A DNA stretch of 64,000 nt. Source: Octopus vulgaris. Its lineage: Eukaryota. The stretch's first letter is position 1; each line of letters opens with the position of its first letter. The notes beneath the pieces are model-generated. The model was not told the DNA's origin and did not search any database. It saw only the letters and a list, made by a program, of their open reading frames with translations. The position numbers and the translations under genes were made by a program. Shown piece by piece: positions 24,182-38,300 of this stretch. The DNA lies in the NCBI GenBank assembly GCA_951406725.2, contig OX597816.1:4774001-4838000 (forward strand), given 5' to 3'.

Positions 24182-24747
24182 TTGGGTTGGCCGGAAAGTT
24201 CATGCCTATTTTTAAAGGAAAGAAAAAGGTCAATAAATACTTGCCATTACATTTTTAATCAACAAAATATGAACCATTTTGTTGCACAATGCGTCTCCAT
24301 CTTTCCTTTAACTTGAAAATACCCTCTTCCCAGAATTGAGGTAGTTTCATGGCAAAGAATTCATCAAGGTATTTTTTTACGTCATCCAAGGAATTGAAAT
24401 TTTTACCATTAAGACTATTCTGCAGAGACCTGAATAAGTGGAAATCCGAAGGAGCAATATCTGGTGGATATGGAGGGTGGGGTAACACATCCCAGCCAAG
24501 CTGCAGCAATTTTTGTCTGGTTCCCAAATCATCAAGTGCCGAAAATGAACTTTCTTATCTTCCATTTTAAAGGGTTACAAAATTAACACAGGTTATAGGA
24601 ACATAAACCTTCTTCCACGAAAAGATAGCTTAAGCTGTGCTCTAAATGGAGGTGCAGTCAAATCCTATTTTATGGACTCAAACATGTTCTAAAATAAGTC
24701 AAAAGGTAAGCTACAATAAATTGGCATGAACTTTCCGGACAACACAA
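24182..24747 (-). mobile_element. Internally deleted mariner (Hsmar1/cecropia-like) with both TIRs and TA TSD
   Basis: 30-bp TIRs ttgggttggccggaaagttcatgcctattt / aaattggcatgaactttccggacaacacaa; MEDKKVHFRHL N-terminus joined to LGWDVLPHPPYPPDIAPSDFHLFRSL...GIFKLKERW. Confidence 0.9.
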
Positions 24748-24761
24748 TATATTGTGTTTAA

Positions 24762-24978
24762 GGTGGATGTGCTGGCAAAATCTTCCACATTCTGGACAAA
24801 ATGCTTAGCAGCACTTTGTCTGTCTTTATGTCCTGAGTTCAAATGCTGTTGAGGTCAGCTTTGACGTTCATCCTTTTGGGGTTGATAAAATAAGTACCAA
24901 TTGATTACTGGCCTCAATATAATTGACTTAGTTTTGCCCCCCAAATTGCTGGCCTTGTACCAAAATTAGAAACCAATA
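24762..24978 (+). mobile_element. Degenerate SINE family A
   Basis: gagttcaaat...ttcatccttttggggttgataaaataagtacc. Confidence 0.7.
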
Positions 24979-25357
24979 TCTATTGTGTTTGTAATACACG
25001 AAGAGATTTTTCTCTCAGACAAAATCACTGCAGCATGCCTTTCAATGGTGTATATACACAATGTATGGCACACAGATAGTTATCTGATTTAATGCAGTTT
25101 CAATTGCGTACACCAACTTTATTTCAGACCAGCAAACTTTCCACAATATCAGTGAATGCATTACCCACTGTTTCCTTTAGCTCAGAGGGGTGAATTTCAT
25201 TTTGGCATGTAACAAGCAAGTACACATCATTGACAAGGCCAGAAAAGGCTGAAATTATCTGATTTGTTGTTGAGATGGTATTTACCTTGTTTTATATTGT
25301 GTTTTTAATACAATGTCTATGAAGAGATTTTTTTCCCTTTCAGACACAAACAACAGC

Positions 25358-25680
25358 AAAGTGATAGTGTGTTGTCAACTTAATGTGACAGTCCCATGAA
25401 AGGGAAGAATACTACTGTTATTTAGCCCTAGGAAACACCGTTTCCTGTTGGACTTGAAGCATTTCCTGTGTCCTTATGTTTTCAAAGTGGAGACAGGACA
25501 CAGGACACAGGGAATGTGTCAAGTCCAACAGGAAACGGTGTTTCATAGGGCTAAATAACAGTAGCATTCTTCCCTTCATGGGACTGTCACATTAAATTGA
25601 CAACATCCAATCACTTTATCGTGCTGCTGCTACTGCATAAATCTCTCTGAGAGATTTAGAAATGTATTATTTCTATTTTC
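25358..25680. mobile_element. Fold-back element (~115-bp inverted arms, 25358-25617) related to the 22.3 kb and 41.7 kb elements
   Basis: Arm aaagtgat...tttagccctaggaaacaccg...ctgtgtcct and its reverse complement; tail atctctctgagagattta..tatttctatt like 22690-22730. Confidence 0.7.
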
Positions 25681-25821
25681 AAAAACCACAGCATCGTGCC
25701 TTTCCATATTGTATGTCTATTAGGTATGATACACAGATGACTATTTTAATTTCTTTTGCTCATTATGTAAATATATGTACAATTTAATAATTACTAATAT
25801 GAATATTAAATTTTCTTTAAG

Positions 25822-27479
25822 GATGTAATGGAACTAAAAGATTATCAGAAAGGAGTTGAGACAGTCCTTAACGAACTGCAAGATCAAATTCTGAAGACTG
25901 AATATGATAAACAGATCTTATCAGATGAATTAAGTCTACTTTGGCAGCAAAGGAAGGCCCTAAAAATGAACAGCATGGATTTAGATCAATCTTTTAAAAG
26001 TGATGCGTTTTACCTGTCAAGATCTCATGCAAATATAGACGAGGTGGCTTTTTCTAATCCATATCTCATAGAAAACTATAAATCGACTCCTAAAACAAGT
26101 AGTCCAACCCGTCAAACTCTGTCCACTTTCCCATTCCATTTAAGTCCTGTAGTTGATGGACAGGACAGAAATCTAACATGTCCAGACACACCAAAACTAT
26201 ACCGTACAATGTCTTGTTTGTCCCAAGTAGATAGAAATCAAACCGATAAAAGTGATGTCAGCTTTCCTCAAAACATTTGGAGAAGCAGAGAAAAAGCAGC
26301 TGACAATTTGGCCCCTAATTTTGAAACTTTGCTGGTTAATAAGAATGGAAATACTTCGAAAATAATCCAAGATTTTAATCCAAATAAATATCAGCTGGGT
26401 CAGCAAAACAAATATCAAAGACTGTACTGGAGTGATCAACAACTTGATCAATTAATTTCAAATAATGAAATGAGTAACAGAGAAGAACAAGACCGGCGTA
26501 ATCTTTTTAGTTCTTCAAGGAACAGTTTTTCATCTTTTGAAGAACCTTCTAGACCATCAAGTCGACAGAGAGTAAATAATGTGACATTTAATTTCACTAA
26601 ACAGACTGAAAATAGGTCAGCGAAGCAAGGGTCGGCCTTAAAAGGAATTCTTAAAAATGTGAAAAATACACCCGACAATGTTAACGTAGATCAAAGTTTA
26701 TCAAAGAGTCCCTTTAGCAATTTTCCAAGAAAGGTACGGAGTGTTCCATGTTCTCCCCAAAACTTCCCTCATCAAACATCAGCTGAGGATTTAGCACTGA
26801 TGTCAGATATGGAGGAAGTCTTCAAGCCTTTAAATTCTTCGGAATCATTGAAGAGCCCTTTTGGCATGGGTAAAAGGTGGAATTCTCATGATTCCCTGAT
26901 TGGTTCTGCCTCTAAATGGTCTGAAAGTAACTCAAGCAAAAGAGCAAACCTTAATTGCCTTTCAGGAAACAAAACCCTATCTGATAATCCTTATTCTGAA
27001 TGGCGCTTTCACAGAAAATCTCCTGATGTCAAACCCTTATTTGGTAACCCAGCCCATCCACGTTGGGTTCACACCCCTTACAATTTCTTCCTTGCAAATG
27101 CTAAACCATCTAGTGACGCTTTAAAAGTTACCACACCTGTCTTCTCGCCAACTAAAATCTACAAAAGGAATCAAAATATGCCAAACAGCAAAGATTCTCA
27201 AGACACAGCAAATATATCAGAGACAAACAATTCTGCTTTGGAATTTTCAAGAACTCCAACAATTGCATCTCAAAACGTAAATCTAACAAACACTTCAAAA
27301 GCACAGGAATTTTCAAATATGTTTTCTCCAGAACAACTGGAATATTCACCAAACACTGACGAAGAACATAACACCGTTGTACGTAATTTATGTTCTGTCT
27401 TTGAAAGCAGTGATTTATCTTTTGATGGTTCTGAACCTGGGTCAGCAAAGAAAATTCGATCTTGGTATGATCTTGATAG
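25822..27479 (+). CDS. Second giant coding exon of the same gene (coiled coil continues, then disordered Ser/Asn-rich region)
   Basis: Acceptor ttttctttaag|GAT, phase 0, joins ...SFELKE to DVMELKDYQKGVETVLNELQDQILK...; 551-aa ORF; ends at strong donor AG|gtaaga (27479/27480) or, if unspliced, at stop 27481-27483. Confidence 0.85.
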
Positions 27480-27537
27480 GTAAGATTAAAAATATGCATC
27501 ATTTAACCACACACACACACACACACACACATACACA

Positions 27538-27581
<44 letters not shown>

Positions 27582-27672
27582 CTTATATACACACATATAC
27601 TTATATACATACATTTATGTATATTCATATGTATATATATTATATGAAATAAATATACATATATACATATAT

Positions 27673-27950
27673 GGAGGTGCAATGGCCTAGTGGTTAGGGC
27701 AGCGGCCTCTCGGTTGTAGGGTCGCAGTTTCGATTCCCAGACTGGGCGTTGTGAGTGTTTATTGAGCGAAAACACCTAAAAGTTTCACGAGGCTCCGACA
27801 GGGGGTGGTGATCCCTGCTGTGCTCATTCACCACTCTTTCTTCTGTTGGCCTGCGGGGTGGCGTCATTCGAAGGCTAAAACAATGCGAACGCATTGTGAC
27901 CAGCGATGTGTAACTACATCTGATGGACTGGTCGGTCACGTGATCACGTG

Positions 27951-27951
<1 letters not shown>
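27673..27951 (+). mobile_element. SINE family D
   Basis: ggaggtgcaatggcctagtggttagggc...gtttcgattccc; tail gtcacgtgatcacgtga. Confidence 0.8.
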
Positions 27952-27996
<45 letters not shown>

Positions 27997-28538
27997 TATG
28001 CATGCATACACACATAAACACGCACACACACACACACACACACACATGTGCACATATACACTCACAAGAAAAATCAAAATTATGAGCTTCATCTGCAACA
28101 ATAGCAGCAGCAGGAGCGATATCATCCTCATCATCATCCTCATCATCATCATCATCATCATCATCATGATTTTCCCATCCGTATCACACTCCCTAAATAC
28201 ATTAGCTTGCTTTGTAGTTCTACATGTTTCCATCTTTAATATTTTCTTTCATGAAGTTTAATGGTCCAAGATCTGACCATGCAGCTTCCATCCATTGTTT
28301 CCTTGCCCTTCTACTACTCAGGGCCAACTTCCACTCAACGCTCAACTTATTCCCTCTTAGCAAATCCTTATCCATTCAAATTACTTATCACAGAAGTTCC
28401 AGTTTTGCAATCTAAATCTGTCTTTGCAACAACAACAGCAGCAGATCTTTTGCTTTGGGTGCTTTAGACACCATGGGAATTGTCCAGTTGTGAACCCCAA
28501 TGGTGCAGTATTTTGGTGATGGTTGTAGGTAGTCCTAG

Positions 28539-28957
28539 GGCGGCGAGCTGGTAGAATCGTTAGAACGCCGGTCGAAATGCTTAGCGGTATTTCGTCTGCC
28601 GTTACGTTCTGAGTTCAAATTCCGACGAGGTCGACTTTGCCTTTCATCCTTTCGGAGTCGATAAATTAAGTACCAGCTACGCACTGGGGTAGATGTAATC
28701 GACTTAATCCGTTTGTCTGTCCTTGTTTGTCCCCTCTGTGTTTAGCCCCTTGTGGGTAGTAAAGAAATAGGTATTTCCTCTGTCTTTACGTTCTGAGTTC
28801 AAATTCCGCCGAGGTCGACTTTGCCTTTCATCCTTTCGGGGTCAATAAATTAAGTACCAGTTTCGCACTGGGGTCGATGTAATCGACTTAATCCGTTTGT
28901 CTGTCCTTGTTTGTCCCCTCTGTGTTTAGCCCCTTGTGGGTAATAAAAAAACAGGTA
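28539..28957 (+). mobile_element. SINE family A with headless tandem second unit
   Basis: Body repeats from ggtatttc at ~28770. Confidence 0.9.
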
Positions 28958-29399
28958 ATGTAGAACAAGGATTCAGAGCTATTTAAGTTTCAAAGAAATC
29001 CCTGGGCCCCTTAAATACGTGTAAAGAAGCATCAGTGAAGTTAGTGAATCCATTACTAATTCACATGTCTTCTCCTAACACGAGAACATATTTAATCTCA
29101 CTTAAATATCTGTCTGTGGTAAGCAGGTGTTTGAAATATTTCAAAGTCATTTAATTCAATCTCGTTAACATAGGTAACTACTGTATTTTACAAGATTTAA
29201 AATAGAAATACAAAAATTACAAAAAATCAAAAAAAATCTATGAAACCAAGGTAGGAGATGTTGTCTCTTCTGAAAGACATTTCTATTTAGTAATAGCTTA
29301 AAACCGAGTTTTGCATTTTGCTTATTTTGGTGTATCAGATAGATCAGTCACCTGAGAAACCACCATTTACTCACACACACACACACACCATACTGCTGC

Positions 29400-29878
29400 T
29401 GTTATGATCTCTTGCACCACCATCACCACCAATGTTAGCAACTACTACTACTGCAAACAACACCACAATCACCACAACCACTGCCACCACCACAACCACC
29501 ATTACTACTACTACTACTAATACTACTACTACTACTACTACCACCACTATTTCTACTACCACTACTACTACCACCTCTACTACTACTACTACTATCGCAA
29601 ACAACACCACAATCACCACAACCACTGCCACCACCACAACCACTGCCACAACCACCACCACCATCACTACTACTACTACTATTACAAACAACACCACAAT
29701 CACCACCACCACTGCCACCACTACAACCACTGCCACAACCACCACAACCACCACCACCACAACCACCACCACCACCACCACCACTACTACTACAAACAAC
29801 ACTACAACCACCACCACCACCACCACCACCACCACAACAACTACTACTACTACCACAAACATCACTACAGCCACCACC

Positions 29879-29913
<35 letters not shown>

Positions 29914-30390
29914 CACAAACATCACCACAACCAACACCACCACTACTACTAATACTACTACTATTACTACTACTACAACTGGTACTACGACCACCAACAG
30001 CAGCCGTCCAAGAATTTGGCCCTGGAGATTTCCATTTCCAGCGACTTCGAGGACCACCTCCCAGTGGTGTCGGGCGTCAACGAAGAGCCCTTGACTACAA
30101 CAAGTCGACCGAAGTTTTTTTTCCCCAAGGTCTGAGTTCTCCTGCCCCTAAGCCCTAGACCATCACCTAATCACCCTTACCCGTCTTGCTACTTAACAAT
30201 AACAACAACAACAACCAACAGCAACAACAATGCTTCTAGTACTACTACTACTCCTTCTGCAACTACCATCACGACTACTACTACAACTACTACTACTACA
30301 ACCACAACTACTACATCTATTACCTTTGCCACCACCACCACCACCTCCACCACCACTACTACTACTACTGCTACATCCACCATTATTGTC
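29400..30390. repeat. (ACC)/(ACT)n compound microsatellites around a ~190-bp GC-richer unique island
   Basis: Read directly. Confidence 0.9.
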
Positions 30391-30769
30391 ACCTGTACTG
30401 TTAGCAAGTTCCATATTTTCCATTTGTATTTGAGTTAAATTAATTAATTAATTAAGCATTAAACATGTCTCTCTAAATTCTTCTCTGCTTAATTATTCTT
30501 ATTTTAATGACTGATTGATTCTATTAACAACATTTTGAAGAATTGAAACGGGTTCTGACCACCAAGAGTTGTCATGCATTATTAATGACACAAACAGTGT
30601 AAAATAAATGTAGCCAGGTGTTTAAACAAGTTTTTCAACTCACCCCACCAAGAACTTATCTTTGCTGCTCTGGTTGTGCTTCTTTACCAAAACCATTCCC
30701 AGAACTTATTCCATTAAAAACCATTACATTTAGCTGGCATCTTTTCAATTTCAAATTTTTTTTTTTTTC

Positions 30770-31093
30770 TTTTACTTATTTCTGTCATTGGACTAAGACC
30801 AGGCTGGAGCACTGCCTTGGTAGGTTTGGCCAGACAAATTGACACCTGGGACTTATTTTTCTTTTTAAGTCTAATTTGTGCCAGTGCCACCTAAAAGCAC
30901 ACACCTGTGCCAGTGCTGCATAAAAAGCACCCATCTCAGTGCCACATGAAAAACACCTATTCTGGTCCCACAGAAAAAAAGCATCCATTCTGGTGCCACA
31001 CACCATGCAGTGGGACTGAACCCAGAACCATGTGGTTGGGAACCAAGCTTCCTACCACACAGCCCATTGCCACACTTGTGCCTATATATACAT

Positions 31094-31136
<43 letters not shown>

Positions 31137-31265
31137 GCAGGTTTCCACCCAGCTTCTATCTACCAAATTCACCCCTACCAAAGCATTAGTTGGCCTGGGT
31201 CTGTCTAAGACAATTTCTCAAGGTGCCATGCAGTGGGATTGAACTTGAAACCACATGGATGAAAA
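30770..31265 (-). mobile_element. Degenerate/nested SINE family B pieces
   Basis: Two gccatgcagtggga.tgaac..accat.tgg blocks plus the family B tail. Confidence 0.65.
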
Positions 31266-31709
31266 GCAATATTGATTTTATTTAATTATTGATAATTGAT
31301 AGCAACATTTAACATTTTGTACTCCTTTCCAGTCCGTTTACCTCTACACTAGGATCATTAGCTGCTGTGTTGGCTAGCATCCATCTCCTGTAACTTGTCA
31401 CAAAGCTAGGATGCATCACAATCTTTGAAATGCCAAATGTTTGATGCCAGTCAAAGACTTGTCTTGAAGACTTGCAGACATGTCTTGCTCACCAAAACTT
31501 GAAGTCAAAATAAATGCTGTGAGGATAAAAATTTGTGGTGAAATAGGTTGGTGCCAATAATTAGTTCCAGAAAATGTTTCTGGAATTTCCATTGGTGCCC
31601 CAGCATGGCCACGACTTTAAAGCTGAAACAATTTTAAAGAAAGCAAATATTGTATTATTCTTTAACACCTCTATTTAATATCTTTCCAATGAAAGTCACC
31701 ATTTTTCAG

Positions 31710-31737
31710 GTTCGGAAACCAATTTTCGAATGAGTGA
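31710..31737 (+). CDS. Candidate short terminal coding exon (R)FGNQFSNE* of the host gene
   Basis: atttttcag|G TTC GGA...TGA is phase-compatible with the phase-2 donor at 27479; no other support. Confidence 0.25.
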
Positions 31738-32486
31738 AGCCAACCAATTATCCATTCTTGTCTCTTACAAATACTCTTAACTATTTACTTTTGGCCATTT
31801 TTGTTACCTTGTTTGTTCTTCACCCAAAGAAGACGAATCCAAGGATGCACTCCTTCACCAATGGAAGAATCGTAATTTGGACTGTTCCATAATCATTACA
31901 AAGGGAACACAACATTATGTTTCTTCTCTTCCCCATTTTCAAAAGCCAGCCATCGTTGTCATCATCATTATTGTATCATCATCAGCATCATCATCCTCAT
32001 CATTGTTGTCATCATCATCATTGTCGTCATCACCGTTGTTGTCATCATCATCATCGTCCTCCTTTTCATTATCATCATCACTGTCATCGTCGTCATCGTC
32101 CTCCTCCTCCTCATCATCATCATCATCATCATCAGTTTCACAAAAGCCTTATGAACTAAATTTATGTACTTCAATGCTATTATTAGACTTTGCATTGTTG
32201 GATGCCAACATCCAGTTAAACCCCTCTCATTCCCTTTTTTTTTTTTCTTTTTGCTCATGTATTGACACACAGTACACAGAATCAAGCACGAAAACCACAG
32301 AACAATAAACTGTAAAAAAGAGCCGCAAAAAGCAAAGGACCCATCAGCTTTCCACGGAATAATTGACCTTGGTCTTTGGACCAACATCACCACCATAGAC
32401 ATTGTCTATGTTTAGAGATGGAAAATTGAAAGAAGCAATGAATATTTGGAAGATACAGCATCCCGACAGTTAACAACTGAAACAAG

Positions 32487-33021
32487 CAGTGGAATAGCTA
32501 ATAGGGGAGCAAGGGGAACAAGCTCCCTTCCCGCTAAATGCATTTTACAAAATTGACCCCTTTTCAACAATTTTTTTTTAACTCTTTATTTCACATATGT
32601 GATAAAAGTTGAATTACTTCTTTTGTTAATTGCATGACTTTGGAAGAAGTCGTTAATCTCTTTGATTAACCTCCTGTCTTTTTTGAACTGTCTGCTCAAT
32701 CTCCTTTGATGTGTTAGTGACCGCTGACATCTGAAGAACCAAAACAAACCCTGACTTCATAACCTGTCGACACTGAACGATCCTGTGGAGTTTCATCTTT
32801 TTCACGTCACACCTCTATCAGTAATTAAGAGCTTCATTCATAATGATATCGTTACTGAAACATGAAATTAATTAATGGAGAAACTACAATTACATATATT
32901 ATAACTAACGAAATACTTCACATAATATAAGAAAAATGAGTTAAAAATCGTTCGGTATATGTCTTAGCCCCTTTTTCGTGTGTTCGCTTCCCCTAAATTT
33001 GCAACTTGGCTACGTCTCTTG
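32487..33021. mobile_element. Possible degenerate non-autonomous DNA transposon
   Basis: Weak TIR-like ends cagtggaatagcta / tggctacgtctcttg. Confidence 0.3.
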
Positions 33022-33479
33022 AAACGGTTTGTTTATTCTATGCTGCAACAATTCTATAAAAGGAAACTGCTGGACTCTCCTATGTTCATTGTCCCAATAT
33101 CCTTTTTTGCCTTTTCTTCTTTATTTTCTAACACTAATACAATGGTACATATTTCTATGAACTTGCTTGCTCTGTCAACCATATCCATTCCTAATCCATT
33201 CCTAATCCGTTCTTAATCCATTCCTAATCCATTCCTATAGACCATAGACAGCACCACATTTTACTCAAGACTTTCTTCTCAAAACTGGATTTCGTTCCAA
33301 TTCATTTTCTTTTCCCATCTTCCTTCTTCCTGCTGCCCCACAATATTTCAAATTCAACATCAGCAACGCCAGTCTGGCCCCTTTATTCTGACTCCACCCC
33401 TCAGTCTAGGGTGACCACAACTCAACATGGCTACGACTCTTTCCCAGACAAATAATTACACATTATGTAAACCCACCCA

Positions 33480-34257
33480 CATGAGCACACATACAAGCAT
33501 AGATGTATATATTATATATATATGTATGCATGTAAATATGTATGTATGTACATTTGTATGTGTGTATGTGTGTATACATGTATGCATATATACATAAATA
33601 CACACATAAATGCACAAACACATGCAAACACACAAATGCATACACACACACAAACACATAGATGCACAAAAGAAAACACACGAATAAATACACAAACACA
33701 CATAAACTCACACAAACACACACATGCACACACAGAGAAACAAACGCACATATGCACACAAGCAAACACACACACAAGCACACACACAAATACAAACACA
33801 CACAGAAATACACATACAAACACACACATGCACACAAATACACACACAAACACAAATACACACACAAACACAAACATACACACACACACACACACAAACA
33901 AATGCACATATGCACACACGAAAACACACAAACACACACAGAAATATACACACAAACACACACACACACACACACACACAAATACACAGACATACACAAA
34001 CACACACATACACACACACAAAAACAAATGCACATATGCACACAAGCAAACACACAAACACAAACACACACAGAGGAAATACACATACAAACACACACAT
34101 GCACACAAATACACACACAAACACAAATACACACACAAACACAAATACACACACAAACACAAACATGCACATACACACACATACACACACACACACAAAC
34201 AAATGCACATATGCACACAAGAAAACACACAAACACACACAGAAATACACATACAAA

Positions 34258-34294
<37 letters not shown>

Positions 34295-34571
34295 TTCACA
34301 GAACAGAAAAGAATCAATTTACCACAAGCAAAACTGTTATCAGAAAGAAAAAAAAAAATAATAATTAAATTTTCGAAAAAGTAAATTTTTTGAAAATACT
34401 TTCAGATTTGTTTCACCAATTGATATTTTTGTTCTTCTTGTTGCTGCTGTTGCTGCTGCTGTTTGGTTGTTGTTGTTGTTGTTGTTGTTGTCGTTGCCAA
34501 TGAAACGACAATGACAACGACAGCAATGATGACACTGGTGGTGTTGGTGGTGGTGGTGGTGATGTCGATGA

Positions 34572-34605
<34 letters not shown>

Positions 34606-34670
34606 GGTGGTGGTGGTGGTGGTGGTGGTGGTGATGTCGATGATGATGATGATGATGATGCTAGTGATGT
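33480..34670. repeat. CA-rich minisatellite/microsatellite field, then (TTG)/(GAT)/(GGT)n
   Basis: Read directly; repeated acaaacaaatgcacatatgcacac units. Confidence 0.9.
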
Positions 34671-35596
34671 AGATGCTGTTTATTGTGTATATTGTTTCAG
34701 AAATTCTCCAACAAAGCTGACCACAGAACAGAGGCAATACGCTGATAGATTAATTGAGAAATACACCAGGCTGCCAAGTGAAAAGCTTATCCAACCAGCA
34801 TCATAACTAATGGGAGTTGTGAGAAGAAAAACAATTATAACAACAACAATATAATTTTCAAATTTGTTTTCAATTTTTCTATTAAATAGAAACAACTTTA
34901 AATAAGGAAAAAAAGAAGAGAAAAAGTAAAATAAATATTAAAAAAAAAACCTCCTTGATTAAAATTGATTTCCAATAATTCTGTAATTATTTAGGAAAGT
35001 GTTGTAGAATAAATATATAAATAATCACCAATAGGCAGTTTTTTGACCCGCTTTTGATTCATAGTTCTATTTTCTTTTTTATATTCTTCTTTGTCTGGTT
35101 TTGGCAATGCTGGGGGGGCTTTGACTGATTGGATTGAATCCAGTACTTTTGTACTCATTTGAGGACTTGCAGAAGATGTAAAGTACAAAGCAGTCATTGA
35201 AATACTGAGAGATTACTCAGTCAGACATTAATATTGCAGTGTCTTTCCGTTCAAATACACCAGTTCTCATCTTGCATTGATATATATTATAGGTGTTACA
35301 CAATCTCTGAAGATTTCTTAGTGTTATCTGCGTATAACTTTAAACGACTTTACATAATGTTTATTATAATTATTATTAATGAAACCTAGGCAAGATTATG
35401 TGACAAAATAGTTTATAAACAGACTGTCCTGTTGCATTTTTTTTTTCCGATATGTACTCTGTGATTTTTCTAGGGAGACCAATGAAATGAAACAGGAACT
35501 GAAATCTGAGTTATCTTTTGTTGTATAAGAATGCACATGGAGATTCTAAACACTGGTTATATATCATGCAATTAAATTTAACTTACTCTGTATAAT

Positions 35597-35652
<56 letters not shown>

Positions 35653-36468
35653 GTGGGCTTCCACATTATTTCCATCTACTAAATTTCCTATACAATATGT
35701 CGGACAATATTACTTCTTTGAGCTGCTGTGTGGCGACCTCAAACCATGCAGTTGCAAAAACAAAATTCTTAACCACAAAGCCATGTATTCACTCCGTGAA
35801 TTTCAATTCAAATTGCAAATTCCTTAAATTTCTTTGAGAATGATGTGAACATCACAACACTCCATTCCATCTCTGTTACAAATTTGAAGAAACCTTGTGA
35901 AAATCTAAGCACCAAAGAACAATGGTTAATTTCCCAATGCAATAATTCCAAAATTCAGTTTTGATTCCTTGGTGAAACTTCTTTTAATTAACATTGATAA
36001 TGCCATGAAAGTATCACACCATTTTCTGCTTTCGCTCTCTAAAAGCTTAATATCTTTGTATTTTCCGGTTGTTGTAACTCTTTTGATATGAACACACCTG
36101 AGATTCTCCCTCCTTCTATGATAAAACGTTTCTTACTTTAAAATGATCGAAATTAAAACCTCCCATCAAAATTACGTATTTAATATGTTTCAAACACCAG
36201 CTTCATTATGACAAAGCTATTTTACTAAATTCTTTATTATTTCTCCAACTTAATTGAAACACAGGCGCAGTGTATTTCAAAAGAAACATGGTAACAAAAG
36301 TTGCAAATCAAAATAAAAAGAAAATTATTGACCATTCTTGATGAATTCTTAATGTATTATTAAACTTATTGATATTGCAAAAATATCTCAGTTCTTTTCA
36401 ATTTATTATATCTTATATACTTCATGTTGTAGTGTCACCTGAGCACTATACACAATAATTGCTTTATT

Positions 36469-36520
<52 letters not shown>

Positions 36521-36574
36521 GTTATAAAGTTTGACCATAATAAAACACTAATAAAATGTATCCAAAATGTATCA

Positions 36575-36724
36575 TTATTATTATTATTATTATCATTATG
36601 TTTGGCTTTTGGTTTGTATTTGTACAAGTTGACTCCAAGTCTCATCCAGATACCTCAAAAGACAACACATTAGAGGTTCAAGTTGGTATTATTACGTGGG
36701 TGCCATATTTATTATTATTATTAC

Positions 36725-36775
<51 letters not shown>

Positions 36776-37250
36776 TATTATTATATGAAATTTCACAGCT
36801 TATTTTGCTGGCTTTGATGGAAAGTGTCCAGTTGTCCACAGCCAGTAGACCAAGGTGACACTTGTTTACTGGTCAAGCTTCAAGAACCCTGTGAAGAATT
36901 ATTGCAGTTCCAAGCAATTCAATACTTCTCGAGATTTTTTGCTCACTGTCCATAGGGCTCTGACAATTATTGGTACTATTACCACATTTTTTATCGATAT
37001 ATATATGAAATCTGTAAAGGTTTACATCTGTAATAATTGGTGTGATTAGAACTGTAAGCAAATATATAGACAAATGGTTGAAGGTGATTAGAATAGAATG
37101 TCCAGCAGAGAAGTTTGCTTCTCGGGGACAGGAAAGATTATCAATAGCTTATGGATATCTAAGGTTACAGGTAGTAACCTGCTACCCCACATAAATTGTA
37201 CCCGGAATAAAACCAAATCTGAGTCAAGTGAAATTGATTTACGTGAAGAG
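36575..37250. mobile_element. Degenerate R4/Dong-like LINE 3' fragments among (TTA)n tracts
   Basis: Minus-strand IDKK...VPIIVRALW-like endonuclease remnant at ~36880-37030; plus-strand VQQRSLLLGTG.II-like piece and tail; similar to the 52.7 and 61.9 kb copies. Confidence 0.5.
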
Positions 37251-37339
37251 GTTTCTTGGTGAAGAAAAGGTTAGAAAAGATTGTGCTAAGATGGCCTCCT
37301 AAATAAACATGGCTGGTTGCGGCAACAGAAATCATTTAC

Positions 37340-37601
37340 TATCATCATCATCAACATCATCATCATCATCATCGTCGTCATCATCATCATCGTCATCATT
37401 GTCATCATGGCCATCATCATCATCATCATCATCGTCATCACCATTATCATCATCATCATCGTCATTATCATCATCATCGTCATCATCATCATCAACATCA
37501 TCATCATCGTCATCATCATCATCATCATTGTCATCATCATTGTCATCATCATCGTCGTCGTCATCATTGTCGTCGACCTCATCATCGTTGTCATCATTGT
37601 C

Positions 37602-37632
<31 letters not shown>

Positions 37633-37670
37633 TCATCATTACCATCATCATCATCATCATAACCACCACC

Positions 37671-37703
<33 letters not shown>

Positions 37704-37900
37704 GTTGCTTTTCCCAATGGCATCATCCTTGTCACCATCATCACCATCACCATCACCGTCATCGTCACCATCACCGTCATCGTCACCATTGCCTGCAGAA
37801 CTAATGTCATCTTAATTATTTTCACATTCATCACAAATCTATTTCCTTGATGAAATTTGTATTTTTTTTTGTACTTACTTCACTGCTGCTGCTGCTGTCG

Positions 37901-37956
<56 letters not shown>

Positions 37957-38249
37957 GTGGTGGTGGCCAACAAGATTTCACAAGAACATCAGTTGAAGCA
38001 CTTTCCGTAGTTTGTAGTGATTTTACTTATACTGCTACTGTGGTAGTAGTAGTAGAAGTAGTAGTAGTAGTAGTAGCAGTAGTAGTAGTAGTGGTGATGG
38101 TGGTGGTGGAGGTTGTAGTAGTAGTAGTGGTGGTGGTGGTTGTAGTAGTAGTAGTAGTGGTGCTGGTGGTAGTAGTAGTAGTAGTAGCAGCTGTAGCAAT
38201 AGTAGTAGTAGTAGTAGTAACAGCAGTAGCAGTAGCAGCAGCAATACAC

Positions 38250-38288
<39 letters not shown>

Positions 38289-38300
38289 CAGCAGCAGTAG
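37340..38300. repeat. (ATC)n, (CTA)n and (GTA)n microsatellites
   Basis: Read directly. Confidence 0.95.

Noticed and set aside
24255-24527. SETMAR or a functional transposase gene
   Set aside because: A 566-bp internally deleted mariner lacking most of the catalytic domain; no SET domain.
27673-27745. tRNA genes at SINE heads (also 23166, 40804, 43075, 59300)
   Set aside because: A/B-box-like heads run into repeated SINE bodies; no convincing cloverleaf.
29432-30094. Mucin-like poly-Thr ORF
   Set aside because: Translation of an (ACC/ACT)n microsatellite; no signal peptide or splice support.
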